64,000 bases of DNA. Origin: Octopus sinensis (Eukaryota). Both the position numbers and the translations under genes were made by a program. The stretch is from positions 38,998,001 to 39,062,000 of the forward strand of contig NC_042999.1 in the NCBI RefSeq assembly GCF_006345805.1, in the 5' to 3' direction. Under the pieces are notes generated by a model. The model ran no database searches, was not told the DNA's origin, and saw only the letters and a list, made by a program, of their open reading frames with translations. Shown one piece after another: positions 13,490 to 27,246 of the stretch (position 1 is its first letter; every line of letters starts with the position of its first letter).

Positions 13490-14790
13490 AGAGGTGGATA
13501 ACGTAGGTGAAGATCAGTGTATGCGTAGGCAAAGTGAAGTTGTAGTAGAGGAGAGGCCAGGCAATGAATATAATGTACAAAACACGATATTACAGAGGAT
13601 ATGACTGAGGAGTAAAGAAACAGGGTAAAAGTCGAAGATATAATAGTTACAAGGACGGAGACCAAGCTGATGAAGTTGTGAAGCTTCGACCCAAAAGGCT
13701 GAGGAAATTCTGCAATACGTTCTGACAAAGGATCTAACAGAAACAAGGGACTGGATCAGATTCGCTTCAATTTTTGCAGATGAACTATCGGCCAAAGGGT
13801 AATGCAGTTGGCAATTAACGATCCATTGCTTTCTTAACTTGTTATAGAAAGCGTCATCAGGCATCCTCGCAGGGAAAATATATACGTTTCTTGCGGAAAA
13901 CAGTCTACCTTCAGTAGAATAAGAGATATGCCGAAAAGGACCACATTGTGATAGACAAGCTTGTAATGGAGAACTGCAAACGGTACCGAAAAATATTTTT
14001 GCACGGTCTAGATAGACTATAAAAGAGTTTCGACTTTGCTGCATCCATGGATAGATTTTGAAAATTCTAGACATTTGTGGAATAACTGAGAACGTATGTG
14101 CACCGATTAAGAACAGCATGCCTAGTTAGGATACATGTCTTTTCTTTAACAACCTGCCCTTAGCCGAGGTAACAATCAAAAGAGGTATCTTCTAGGAAGA
14201 CTCTTGTTCATATTAGTTATTTTTTATAGATTTAATCCCATTTTCTGTAGTTCAATGCAAAGTCAATGCGCACTATGAGCTGAGAATGAATGAACCTCGT
14301 TTCAATCACCTTTTCTTCTTGGATGATTTAATACTGTTCGTAAAAACAGAGCCTTAAATTGAGAGGCCGGTTGAGACTGTAGAGATGCAAAGAAAGGATA
14401 TAAGGATAGAATTCAGTATCTCAAAGTGTGCGGTTCTCAAGTTGAAACAGGGGGACAGAGCAGATTGTAAGGGCATAGAATTGATAAAGAGAGAGCGAAT
14501 GGAAGACCGGTACAGGTACCCTGAGATACTGAAGCTAAACAATATCTTGCACTGAGAAATGATGGACAAGATCATCACTGCGTATTTCAAGCACCTCACA
14601 CATCTCTTGAAATCAAATCTCAACTCAACGCACCTTGCGTCTGCCATCAACATATGAGATGTTACTGTAGTCCATTATGGTGCACCCATCCTGAAATGGA
14701 CACGAGCGGAGATTAAGCAACTCGATCACGCTACCCGAAATACAATGACAATCCATGGTGCCTCCAACCTTAAGGCGAACGCACAAAAGG
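13490..14790 (+). pseudogene. Decayed RT of a REL-type LINE
   Basis: IDYKRVFD, KRGIF*EDS, NHLFFLDDLILFVK and AINI*DVTVVHYGAPI motifs in order. Confidence 0.7.
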
Positions 14791-14879
14791 TCTACACGAA
14801 TATGTGTAAGTGTAGCGTGAGATCATTAGCGTACGAGAGTGCATCAACACTGAAAGAAGCAGTATGGCAGTAGATTGTA

Positions 14880-15990
14880 ACAAGACCTGCTACATTATGC
14901 TGCTAATGTACAAGGATTCCTTGCTAGCTTTTCTAGTTTTGCAATAATTCTTTGCTTGACCACTTCACTAACAACTTCAGTATTCCTTTTCCGTGGCTGA
15001 TCTTTAATTCCAGTGTTCTCCAGTTCTTTGTTTTCTTAACTTTCTAACGTTCTCATGTTTTTCCGCTACACTGCAATTTTCGCAAGTATTTTCCTTCATC
15101 TCCACCATACATTTTCATTTGCGTTCTGTTATCTGATTTCTTACATCAAGTTGTTTAGCAGCTACATATGTGGCTGCTTTGAACAACTCATTCTTTTTCA
15201 GTGATGTCAACAGTTTGTATCATATTATAGAAACAAATATTTTCTCTATGTATATTCAGTATTATAGTGTTATCTCGATCATCGGTTTTAGCTTCAACCA
15301 ATGATTCATCTATTTGCCTTTCATCCATTCGATTGTATAACTCTTCTTCACCGGTTTCAACTCTGTCAAATTGCATCGCAATATTTCTTTTTATCCATTC
15401 GTTCTAATTTATCGACTCTAGTCGGAAAATCTTTGTTCATCAGTTCGAAAGACACCGACATTTCCCCATTTGGTTTTGTCCCTTTCATCCTGGTAGTTGC
15501 TTGAAGAAAACGAGTTCACCTTCTTACTCAATCTATGGGACATCTTCTGGAGGGGGCTCTTTCATTATCAGTAGTTTCAGCGTCATTATTTAATATATTT
15601 GTAAGGTGTGTATCGCTCATAAATTGCTGGTCTATTTCTACTTTATAAGGAACGAGTAGGTTTATTGTGACATCATCATTGGTAGACGACAAACAAAGGA
15701 AAGTGATTCAACAAGGTAGATATATACTAGGACAAGGAGAAGAGGGATGAGCAGATTGTAGCGTTGCAGAAGAAGTATGGGCGTACGAATTGTCATTCGG
15801 GCCTTAGGAAAGAAAGGAAGAGGCTGATGTAGTGGACAGAAGCACATAGAATACACGCACATAGAATACAGGCCTGCTAGTTACGAACAGCGAAGTTCAT
15901 TTGAAAGTTTTTGCATAACTGAGGTCACGGGACTTGTTATCAATGAGTACACCTGTCACAATTTCCTCATGGGGGTGCGTTGCAAAAACA
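14880..15990 (-). pseudogene. Probable decayed pre-RT (N-terminal) region of a REL-type LINE
   Basis: Fragments such as AATYVAAKQLDV and a basic coiled region resemble the pre-RT part of these ORFs; weak. Confidence 0.4.
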
Positions 15991-15996
15991 CTTTCA

Positions 15997-16172
<176 letters not shown>

Positions 16173-17150
16173 TAAAGATTCTATCAAGAACTTCACAAAA
16201 TGAAAATAGAGACCGATGCAGAAGAACTGGGGCAATTTTCAAAAGAAATATGATCTATTAAAAGGAAAGTAGGAAGCTCTTTTAAAATAACTAACGCAGC
16301 ACCTAGACAACTCTGGAAAATCATAACAGAAGAAGAGGTCACCCAGGCATTGCATACACTAAGCAACGGAAATGAGCTCGAGCATGACAAGATCCCATAT
16401 TTCTGGGTAACATATCTTGTAGGAATGCATAAGACGCTGGCCGAGAATTTCAGCGAGATACTAGCAGAGCTAGATACAACATGTGACTGGTTCACATAAT
16501 GGAAAACCATCCTAATTCCCATATCCACTGAGACGGCAAACCCACAAAACTACAGACCCATAACATGTCTACCAACAATTTATAAAGCCTTAACTGCAAT
16601 AATATCGCAGGAAGTGTGCAAGCATCTGGAAGAAAACAATTTGATTCCAGAAGAGCAGACGGGATGCAGCAAGGGCGCATATGGTTGTACAGATCAGTTA
16701 TTTATCAATAAAGCCATAGATGGAGACAGTCGGAAGAAACGAAGGATCTAAGTATGGCGTGGATCGATTATCCAAAGGTTTTTAACATTATTCCTTACTA
16801 ATGGATCCTAGAAACACTGACCATGAACAAGGTAGCATCAATAATAATAAAGTATATAAAACATTCTATGAATAAATGGCAGATTCAGAGAGATGAGAGA
16901 CTCATAAAATCTAAAGCCAACCCCATTAAAAGAGGAATATTCCATGGAAACGCACTCTCCACTCCTTTTCTGCTTGGCACTGACGCCTTGAACTGACATA
17001 CTAAAGGGAACTGGATGTTGATACAGCTTCTACGGTAGAACAATCAACCATCTCTTATGAACAACTGGAATCCAAACTGAAGATCCAAAAACAATATCAT
17101 TAGGAACAGCTAGGACAATTCAGAAGGGACGTGGCATAGGGATTTTCTCC
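16173..17150 (+). pseudogene. 5'-truncated, internally deleted RT of a REL-type LINE starting directly after (AAT)n
   Basis: KTILIPISTETANPQNYRPITCLPTIYKALTAII, EEQTGCSKGAYGCTDQLFINKAI, SMAWIDYPKVF, KRGIFHGNALS; then jumps to the C-terminal LGTARTI motif. Confidence 0.85.
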
Positions 17151-17204
17151 AACAGTCTAATCGCTTGTGCATAAAAGAAATAACGATATGAATCATTCAT
17201 ACTG

Positions 17205-17550
17205 TAGACACAAGGACTGACATTTTTTGGGAGGAGGTTAGGCAATTACATCAAGTCCTGCGCTTAACTGTTATTTATTTCACCGAAATGGATAGGAGAA
17301 AAGACAAAGTCCACCAAGGGGCAATTTGAAATTAGAACGTAAAGACTTAATAATGATGATGATTAATATCCATCCTTTCTAATATAGGGAATCGGCCTGA
17401 TATTTTGAGGGAGGAGAGAAGTCGATTACATTGACTCCAGTGTTCAACTGGTAAATATCGAACTTGAAAGGACGACAGGCAAGTCGAACTCGGCGAAATT
17501 TAACCCCAGATTCTTAAAACGAAGGAAACGACGCTAAGCATTTTGTCCGC
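17205..17550 (-). mobile_element. Two degenerate SINE fragments
   Basis: gtcgattacattgactccagtg and ggcaagtcgaactcggcgaaattt match the reverse complement of the SINE body. Confidence 0.6.
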
Positions 17551-17637
17551 AATAATAATTATAATAATAATAATAATAATAATAAATAATAATATAATAA
17601 TAATAATAATAATATAATAATAATAATGATGATGATG

Positions 17638-17685
<48 letters not shown>

Positions 17686-17729
17686 TTAATAATAATAATA
17701 ATAATAATAATATAATAATAATAATAATA

Positions 17730-17801
<72 letters not shown>

Positions 17802-17870
17802 GAAGGAGGAGGAGGAGGAGAAGAAGAAGAAGGAAGAAAAGATGGAAGAAAAGAAGAAGGAAATAGAAGA
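17551..17870. repeat. (AAT)n grading into (AAG)n/(GGA)n microsatellite
   Basis: Direct reading. Confidence 0.95.
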
Positions 17871-17935
17871 GCATGTGCTATCAACACTAGTGACATGAAA
17901 TAAAATAGGTTTCATTTAGTTTGAAAACAACTCAC

Positions 17936-17965
17936 TAGCGACGTCTATAAACACGTCAATAACAT
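17936..17965 (-). CDS. Candidate 30-nt exon, (D)VIDVFIDVA
   Basis: ...tattctgacAG / GTGAGT boundaries; only one open frame (phase 1-1), compatible with 18573-18618. Confidence 0.25.
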
Positions 17966-18572
17966 CTGTCAGAATATATTTAAATCAGATTTGAGAAACT
18001 TTATAAAATTTCATGTTGTTTGTATTATCTTCAACAATGATCCATTTTGGATTCGTGTTGCTATGACGTAATGTATTTGGCAACAGGAAAACGAAGAAAA
18101 TATATATCTCTACGGATCAAATGAAATGTGTTTACTCACGTCAGTTGTCATGTATTCTCAGAGATAGATAACGTCAACACTAACTGTTGAAACGTTATAA
18201 TGTTTCATAGTTTAAAATTGTATCTCATACGGATAATTAGCAAGTAATGATACATCACAAATGTGTGGTTCTTAAGAATGATTTATAAAGATTTGAAATG
18301 ATATGCATGTTTTCCTTTTTAAATTTTTATTTTTACAATATATTCTTCAACCGAAGACGAAAAATAACAGCAGTAAACGATTTTAATGATGCTCGTGTCT
18401 TTCCAAATGAAGTAAAGTGTTTACCGTAAATTAGTTCTAAAGCACATCACGCAACGTACCTTGATATTATTATTTATCAAAGATATACACCTCATAGTGC
18501 GATAATAGCACTTAGCACATTATGAAGAAGTGTTTTTCACAGTGGTGACTTAAAGTTCCCTTAGCCAATTAC

Positions 18573-18618
18573 CTGAAAAATTCCTTTCGAAAACTACGTC
18601 CAAATGCAGTCTACACAA
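18573..18618 (-). CDS. Candidate 46-nt exon, LCRLHLDVVFERNFS
   Basis: ...tttgccattacAG / CAG-GTAATT boundaries; only one open frame (phase 0-1). Confidence 0.27.
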
Positions 18619-18829
18619 CTGTAATGGCAAATATACCATTTAAAATCTGAGAGTTAAATTTTGCAAGTCGAGATGCAGGTTCGTGTATAATGAGGGTGTA
18701 TTTGAATGGTTACTTAGCAACTATATTCTCATGGTAAGGCTTTGATATTGAACACCTATATCAAAATAGTCAGAATGATACACATGCACAATTCCCTAAC
18801 TCATTCCGTATATATCTCTCTCTGTTTAT

Positions 18830-18869
18830 GTATCTATCTATCTCTCTATCTATCTGTCTATCTATTTAT

Positions 18870-18902
<33 letters not shown>

Positions 18903-18990
18903 GATCTATCTATCTATCTATCTATATATCTATCTATCTATCTATCTATCTATTTATCTAACTATATATATATATGTATATATATATGTC
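18830..18990. repeat. (ATCT)n microsatellite with no Tx1-like insertion
   Basis: Direct reading. Confidence 0.95.
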
Positions 18991-19004
18991 TGTCTGTCTA
19001 CGCC

Positions 19005-19374
19005 TTTTACTCTTTTATTCTATTACTTGTTTCAGTCATTTGACTGCGGTCATGCTGGAGCACCGACTTATTTTTTGTAAGCCTAGTACTTATTCTATCG
19101 GTTTCGTTTGACGAACCGCTGAGTTACGGGGACGTAAACACACCAGCATCGATTGTCAAGCCATGTTGGCGGAACAAACAGACACACAAACATATACACA
19201 CATATACATATATACGACGGGCTTCTTTCAGTTTCCGTCAACCAAATCCACTCACAAGGCTTTGGTCGGTCCGAGGCTATAGTAGAAGACATATGCCCAA
19301 GATGAAACGCAGTGGGACTGAACCCAGAACCATTTGGTTGGTAAGCAAACTACTTACCAAATAGCCACTCCTGC
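19005..19374 (-). mobile_element. tRNA-derived octopus SINE, same family as 7432-7817
   Basis: Full-length alignment by eye with 7432-7817. Confidence 0.88.
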
Positions 19375-19949
19375 TCAATGTTATTCAACGAATTATGCTG
19401 GAAATAAATATAGAAACTTTCAAGCTTCCAACTACTACTGAAGTGTCTGCACCAAAGCGAAGTGCCCTATTAAAGGCTTGCCTAATTTAAGCTTCAATAG
19501 ACGAAATAAAGAATTTGATCTAATTTAATCGATACATACCCAAATATTCCTTGAGAATTTCAACTATTATATGATATACGACAAATACCAATGATCCAAG
19601 CAACTTCAATCACAATGTATCGCCTTATTACCACTTATTACTTCCAAGGCGCTAATGTGTATGAGCAACGGAAGAACTTAACGGCGAAATAAGATTCTCT
19701 AATTCACGTCTGGTAAACTAACACGCATGTATAACTCTAGGTGTATTTTCGATGGGGTTTGTGTACTTAAGTGTATATAGAGATACGCACTCTCACACAG
19801 AGACGCACAAAGAAATACATACATATTTGTTAACATACATACACATTAATATATAAATATATATTATATATATATAAATATTTATATTTATATATATATA
19901 AATATTTATGTATCTCTACACTATGTAAGAATCTACGTACAGTGCACTA

Positions 19950-20036
19950 TATATACATGTACGTACATATACATGTATATATATATATATATATGTCTAT
20001 ATATATATATATATTATATATATATATATATATTAT

Positions 20037-20068
<32 letters not shown>

Positions 20069-20340
20069 ATATATATATATAAAAATAAATATATATGTGT
20101 ATATAATATATATACATATACACGAATATATATACATATATATATATTTGTACACATCTATGTATATAGACGCGTGTATATGTATGTATATATGGATATA
20201 TATATATATATATGTGTGTGTGTGTATTTATGTACATATATATAGATATATATATCTGTATGTATGCATACATACACACTTATGTACATTTGTATGTATA
20301 TTGTGTATATATATATATGTATATATAATTGTGTGTGTGT
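19950..20340. repeat. Long imperfect (TA)n/(TG)n array
   Basis: Direct reading. Confidence 0.92.
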
Positions 20341-21039
20341 ATGAATATATGCCCTTATTGAAATAATTGCTTTCCTTAGAGATTTTAGTGCTTCAGAATT
20401 TATGGAATGGTTTAAATACCTCGTTTAAAACTTCCTCTCGGTTGAATATATCTGAAGATATGAAGTTAAATGCCATTGTTACGAACTATTCTTCGCCTTT
20501 CCTCTAAAAGCATTGCACCACAATCCTAGATTCCGCAAGTTTTACTTTAATTGCTGCTTGACTTCTACGCTAAATTCCTCGATGGCAGATGGTGATTATT
20601 AATTGTACTTTGCCCTGCAGGACTATTATTTACGCTTCGTATCATTATCTGAAATCTGATGCCATTTTCAGTAAAAATTACCTCCCACAGATATGAATTC
20701 TGTCGTGAATTCTGCTCCAGCGAATTTATAATACGTTGCGAAGGTGGTGAGGTGTTTTTTTTTTGTTCTCTCTTTTATTCACGTGCATTGAAATATAATT
20801 GATCTTATAACCTAGCACTTCGGTCTTTATGATAAATATCGTGTTCTTTCAGATGGCCTTATATGTGCCTGCTAGCTGAAGTGTACGCATAAGTGTGCTT
20901 TTATATATGTATATGTGAGCTATCGGGAGGTAAAAAAAGCGATAAAAGCAGATATCGAGGCACACATGTTTATAAATATATGCTTATATCATCATATACA
21001 AACTGACTCATACACGTGTTAATATACATATATGTATGT

Positions 21040-21068
21040 GTATATATAGAAATATATGTATATACACA

Positions 21069-21160
<92 letters not shown>

Positions 21161-21251
21161 ATATATATATATATAATATATATATATATATGTATATAAT
21201 ATATATATATACATATATATGAATATATATATATATATATATACACACACG

Positions 21252-21337
<86 letters not shown>

Positions 21338-21350
21338 GTGTGTGTGTGTG
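21040..21350. repeat. (TA)n/(CA)n array
   Basis: Direct reading. Confidence 0.92.
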
Positions 21351-22224
21351 TACTCTTTAATAAATAGTGTATATAAAGATTTGGGCGCCGTAAAACTGTA
21401 ATGGTCATACCTTCATAGTTGTATGGCAATACACTAATTTCGGGGTCAAACATATGGTGCGATGCTATAAAATACCAAAGAGTCTCTAAGAGGCGATATC
21501 ACTGGACAATAATTCATCACAAGTCTTGAGTAAATCAGTACAATTTGCCATATATCGTATTACTTGTGCCTTGATTATTTTATTTCGATGTGAGTATTTA
21601 CGACAGATTCAATCTATGTATTCATATACGTTCATATATGTATGTATGCTCACATATATATATATAAATATATATATATATACGTGTTTTCATATGTGTG
21701 TGTATAGAGCGTGGCCCAGTAGTTAGGGGGTTGCACTGAAGATTGTGAGATAACAGTTCTTGGAACGTTTAGGGAGTCGTGTTCTTGAGGAAACCCCTTC
21801 ATCGGAGGTTGATCTGTGATCACTTTGACACATAACTTTCTGTACATATTGCACTTGTTGGGTCGGACAACATCGTTTTTATTGAAAGAGTGACGTAATG
21901 TACAGCGTATATAAATAATATAAACAAATTATTTTGCGGATAACTCAACAAATAGCGAAAACTTAGACGTCGCCTTCGACAGAAAATTCCTCCCAATATA
22001 TTCGTATGGTTATGTATAAGAATATATATATTATACACATATGTATGTCTTCATATATAAATATGATAACAGTGCCATGTTAACAGATGAGTGCTGTAAC
22101 CATGTGCTTCCTTTTTGTCGGTGGCCTTTCTCACTATTCGTCCATGACATCTCAGGAGATCATTCAGTCCACTTGCAGACTTGCATGTTTTGAAGCTTAG
22201 GTGACAGAGGAAATTTGAACTTAC

Positions 22225-22302
22225 GGTGTGCCTCCAACAGGTTAGGCCTGCACACAATTCCATTCTTCCACGGGTATAGATTGAATGCGAAATGAGGTCA
22301 CT
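22225..22302 (-). CDS. Candidate 78-nt exon, SDLISHSIYTRGRMELCAGLTCWRHT
   Basis: ...aatttgtctctttAG / GTAAGT boundaries; only one open frame (phase 0-0). Confidence 0.3.
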
Positions 22303-22406
22303 CTAAAGAGACAAATTTACAGCATTGAAGTATAGAGATAAGAACTTGTAGGTAACGAGTAAATATCGAGTGTACACAGACACAGACACACAGACACACA
22401 CACACC

Positions 22407-22445
<39 letters not shown>

Positions 22446-22618
22446 GCATACTATACATCAATCAGTTGTTCCCAACCTGGGGTACGCGGATCCCTGGTGG
22501 ATAGCAAAAATTGTACTAGGTTTTCGTGAGCCAAATTCAAAGTTCCATATATGTATGTATGTATATCAATATATATATATCCATAAATATGAACCATCCG
22601 ATCTGATTACCTCATTTC

Positions 22619-22698
<80 letters not shown>

Positions 22699-22840
22699 AG
22701 GATTCACAAAAACAAAGGAAAACGTAAGACGAAGATAGGTGGGCCATCTTGTAGTTGCGGGTGCGCCCTTTAGGCACCCGGCAACCAATATATTGAAACC
22801 CTGTCCGCCACTGTATATATGTATTGTTGTTGTTGTTTGT

Positions 22841-23180
22841 GACCCCCTTCGGTCAGACACTGACCATGGGTTTGCACCTAGAGAGTTACCCTCTGAGGCA
22901 CAAATCTGGACAAGGTTGTTTTTTTTATGGAAGACCAGCAGTCACCCATGCATACCGGCCTCCCCTCTCCACGTCACCGATGTTGTCCAAGGGAAAGGCA
23001 AGGGTCGATACAGCTTGGCACCTGTGACGTCGCAACTCATTTCTACAGCTGAGTGAACTGGAGCAACGTGAAATAAAATATCTTGCTCAAGAACACAACA
23101 CGCAGCCCGGTCCGGGATTCGAGCTCACAACCTCACGATCGTAAGCTCGACGCTCTAACCACTGAGCCACGCGCCTTCAC
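22841..23180 (-). mobile_element. tRNA-headed SINE (third family)
   Basis: Reverse complement begins gtgaaggcgcgtggctcagtggttagagcg...gagctcgaatcccgg, with A- and B-box-like motifs. Confidence 0.85.
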
Positions 23181-23194
23181 ATATGTATGTCTTC

Positions 23195-23226
<32 letters not shown>

Positions 23227-24479
23227 GCATATATACATATATATATATACATATATACATACGTACATACATACATACATACATACATGCACACACATGA
23301 GCGTCTGTGTGCGTTTATGCTTGCTTGTTTTTATGTGTATGTCTGTGTTTGTGTGCGTGCGTCTGCTTCAGAAGTATTGCAGGTGTTTCAAGTATGAATT
23401 AATTGCTGAAATGATTTGAAAATATTCTGTTTCCAGGTGTCAATATGTATCTCTACGGAGCACTGATACAAACGTTGAAAGAAATCATTCTCCTACGGTG
23501 GGAATCAAAATTTCGTTATCATATTCGTTACATATCTCGTATGAAGCTGATAAGTTCTGTTATAACACTTAATTAGAGAAAAGCCTGAGAATAACAGTAT
23601 GGTTGTATGATTATTCACCACGTTTCAAAGCATTCAATTCTTGGATTCGAGGCACCTTCTGCAAGTGTCTTTCTTTTTGTATTGTATCCCTTAGCATGGA
23701 AATGAAACTGAGTATATTTTCTACAGGTTCAATAAGTAGTGTTTAAATTCCAAAATGTAGAAGTCTACCGCTACTTTGTATTCTTCCGATTTTCCCAGAA
23801 GTTTATTACTTTGTAGTCATCTTAGATAGCTATCGATTTTAAGAAGGGATATTTTAAATGTTTTTTACAGTTGGAAATTTCTGTGGTGATACAACAATAA
23901 GTGTTACCGCATTTCCGACTCGTAAAATGTGACACAGCACAACATGTATCTTTGTCAGATGATTGGTGACTAGACCAGTATGTCAACCAAGTTTGCTTGG
24001 TTTACGAATCAAAAACCCGTCAAAGGGCGGAGGAAATCAAATGAGTCAACGGCCATCCAATAATGTGTGAAGGTGCATCGCCAAACGGTGAGGGTGTTAC
24101 ACTGACGGTTTCGATCCGTAGACCAACTGTTCGTTGTGTTCCTGAACAAAATACTTTTTTGCCGTACTTCAGTTCACCCATACGCATGGACTGGCCATTC
24201 GTTGTCTTCTTGAGTAATTTCAGTTCTCTTGTCCACCTTGCGACGGAAGCGAGAGATGCTGACACAAGAAAATCATGACCCATATTTTGTGTTTAACAAT
24301 CGGAAAGATGAACACAACCCACACTGCGAATTGCTTAGTATTAGTTGTTCAACAACGTTGAAGGATTATAATAATGAGGTTTCTGCTTCACGTAGCCATT
24401 ACAGACACTCACAGGAGGCAGCTATAAACATTTAAACTGTTTGTTTGCTCGGGTATTGCGGGGATGACATGTGAAGCCA

Positions 24480-24507
24480 TTAATAATAATGATAATAATG
24501 ACAGTAA

Positions 24508-24567
<60 letters not shown>

Positions 24568-24634
24568 CGCTAATAATAATAATAATAAAATAATAATAAT
24601 ATTTTAATAATAATAATAATTATTATTATTGTTA

Positions 24635-24685
<51 letters not shown>
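24480..24685. repeat. Compound (AAT)/(ACT)/(AAT)/(ATT) microsatellite
   Basis: Direct reading. Confidence 0.95.
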
Positions 24686-24687
<2 letters not shown>

Positions 24688-24826
24688 AGTTTGTCCAAAA
24701 AGTTCGTAGAAAGTCTTGGAAAATAATGGTCTTTATTTTGAGGAATAATTTTTGTTGTTTTTGTTAGTACTTGGCGACTAAAAATTCAATTTTCGCAAGT
24801 GTTTACGAACTTTTGGGACAACCTAA
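24686..24826. mobile_element. Mariner-type MITE (about 140 bp) with terminal inverted repeats and TA flanks
   Basis: Left taagtttgtccaaaaagttcgta pairs with right tacgaacttttgggacaacctaa; TA on both sides; TIR resembles mariner TTAGGTTG... ends. Confidence 0.8.
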
Positions 24827-24851
24827 TATTATTATTATTATTATTATTATT

Positions 24852-26123
24852 CAGTAGTTTTATTTTTATAGCGTGCTTTCACTTCACTACCGAGCACAGC
24901 TCTGTGTGCCTTGGGTATGTGCTGTGATTTGTTGTGATGCTCTGATGGTTATTGTATGGAAAGTGTTCTGCGTAGGATGTGTGCAGTGCCTAGTAGTGCA
25001 ATTTTCTGTATGTTATATGTGTTTGTAAGTCCTGGTGTTTTTGTTATGTATTTGTCTGAATATTTTTTTATCATGCCTAATGCACCTACTATGATAGGAA
25101 TTGTTTCTGTTTTCAGATTCCACATTCTAGTTACCTCTATTTCCAGGTCTTTGTATTTTGAGAGTTTCTCCATTTCTTTTAGAGACACGTTGTCATCTGC
25201 CGGTATTGATACATCAATTAGAAAGCATTTTTTTTCTTCATGATCTCTGACAACTATATCTGGTCTGTTGGCCTTAATTTCTCTATCTGTGTGTATCGGC
25301 ATATCCCAGAGTATGGTTGCTTTCTCGTTTTCTGTGACCTTTTCTGGTGTGTGCCTATATCATCTTTTTTCTGTTGTTATTCCATAATGTTGGCATAGCT
25401 TCCAATGTATGTAGGTTCCAACTCTGTCATGTCTGTGAATATATTCCTTCTTAGCCAGGACTGGGCAGCTAGAGATAATATGATTTATTGTTTCTTGTCC
25501 ATCTCCACATATTCTGCAGTTACTTGTAATATTTCTTTTCATTACATGTTTTTGGTAATTTCTGGTGGGGAGGCTTTGGTCTTGTGCTGCAATTAAAAAT
25601 CCCTCTGTTTCTGCTTTGAGTCCTGAGCTTCTCAACCATTGCTAGGATTTTTCTTTGTCGATTTCTTTTGCGTTTAGTTTAGTCCAGTATTTACCATGAA
25701 GGGGCTTTTCTTGCCATCGTGTTATCATGGCTCGTTGCTGTTCTATTTTTAGTTTGGATTTCATTTGTTTTATAGCTTTTGTTGTTTCTTCATCATCTTC
25801 TTCTTCTTCTTTGTGTTTATTAGGTGGTATGATTTCTTGTTTGTATTTGTCAGCTTCCTTAAATACTGAGAACAGTTTTTTGTTTTGCTCGTGTTTTGCT
25901 GCTATCTGGATCAGTTTTCCTTCCTTCTGAAGTAGATATTTTTGCAGTCCTATGATGGTTATTTTATAGTAGTTTTTCCAGCTGTATAAGGCCTCTAGCA
26001 CCTTCTATACGTTGTATATATAGTCTTTCTATGTCAGATTTTGGGTGATGCATCCTAGATCCTGTCATTATTTTTCTTGTTTTCCTATCTATTTTGGTAA
26101 GTTCATTTCGTGTCCAGTTAAGG
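24852..26123 (-). mobile_element. 5'-truncated REL-endonuclease LINE (R4/Dong-like), subfamily A
   Basis: RT thumb LNWTRNELTKIDRKTRK...RLYIQR, CCHC CRICGDGQETINHIISSC, REL RPDIVV...IDVSIP...EKLSKY; nonsense changes at S*QW and R*YR; 3' end runs into (AAT)n. Confidence 0.92.
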
Positions 26124-26173
<50 letters not shown>

Positions 26174-26174
<1 letters not shown>

Positions 26175-27143
26175 TATGTTTGACTTTTGCTTTATATTTG
26201 TACAAGTTGGCTCCAAGTCTCACCCAGAGACCTCAAGAGACAACAGGGTTGGAAGTTCATGTTGTTGTTATGCCTAGTGTGCCATATATTTGGGGGGTGG
26301 GGATGTTGTACTAATGAATGTCTAAAAAAAAAAAAAAGTTTTAAAAAAAATTTTTTTTTTTAAACCGAAAATTATGGTTGTTTTAAACCTTGAGGTTACA
26401 TAGAGAGTATTTTGCGTAGGATATGAGCAGTTCCCATGAGCACTATCTTTTGAACTTCTGCCACTTTTGGGTTTCCTGGTATCTGAGTTAGGTAGCTATC
26501 AGCCCCTTTTGCTATCATTCCCAGGGCACCTATGACAACAGGTATTGTTTTAGTCTTCAGCTTCCACATTTTGCTGATTTCTATTTCAAGATCTTTATAT
26601 TTGCTCAGTTTTTGGTAGGTCCTGACAGATACGTTTATATCGATTGGGACAGTCATATCAATGAGGAGGCATGTTCTTTGTTTGAAGTCTTTCAATATGA
26701 TGTCTGGCCTATTTGCATCTATCTTCCTGTCAGTTTGAATGGTGAAGTTCCAGAGGAGTGAGATGTGGTCATTTTCAAGCACTGGGGGTGGTTTGTGTTC
26801 CCACCAGTTTTTTTCATGGGGCAAATCCAGGTTTTTACAGATTACCCAGTGAATATATTGTGCAGCTCTATCGTGCCTGTTGAGATACTCTGTAGGCGCT
26901 AGAAGACTGCACTTGGAGACCACATGGTCAATGGTTTCATTTTGTTGCTTGCATACACGACACGTTGGACTGCTTCTGATCTTTAATATGTTGGCCTGGT
27001 AGTTTCTTGTTGGTAGGCATTGATCTTGAGCTGCTATGATAAACCCCTCTGTTTCAGATTTTAAGCCAGAGGCCATTAGCCATTGATGGGTCAGGGCTTT
27101 GTCGATATCTGCATTATTCGCTCTCTTTGGGTATTTGCCATAG

Positions 27144-27145
<2 letters not shown>
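26174..27145 (-). mobile_element. 5'-truncated REL-endonuclease LINE (R4/Dong-like), subfamily B, with uninterrupted frame
   Basis: Open from 27145 to stop at 26396: CRVCKQQNETIDHVVSKC, RPDIILKD...IDMTVP...QKLSKY; (AAT)n on the coding strand at both ends. Confidence 0.93.
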
Positions 27146-27205
<60 letters not shown>

Positions 27206-27246
27206 CATTACTATTATAACTAAATTTTCGATAATATGCATTGTTG

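Noticed and set aside
18138-18181. Segment with a good acceptor and a perfect GTGAGT donor on the minus strand
   Set aside because: Stops in all three frames; it shows that such splice signals arise by chance here
24020-24300. GC-richer non-repetitive stretch with 70-87-aa ORFs on both strands and a minus-strand acceptor
   Set aside because: No recognisable domain, and several frames are equally plausible; could be an exon or an old TE but cannot be supported
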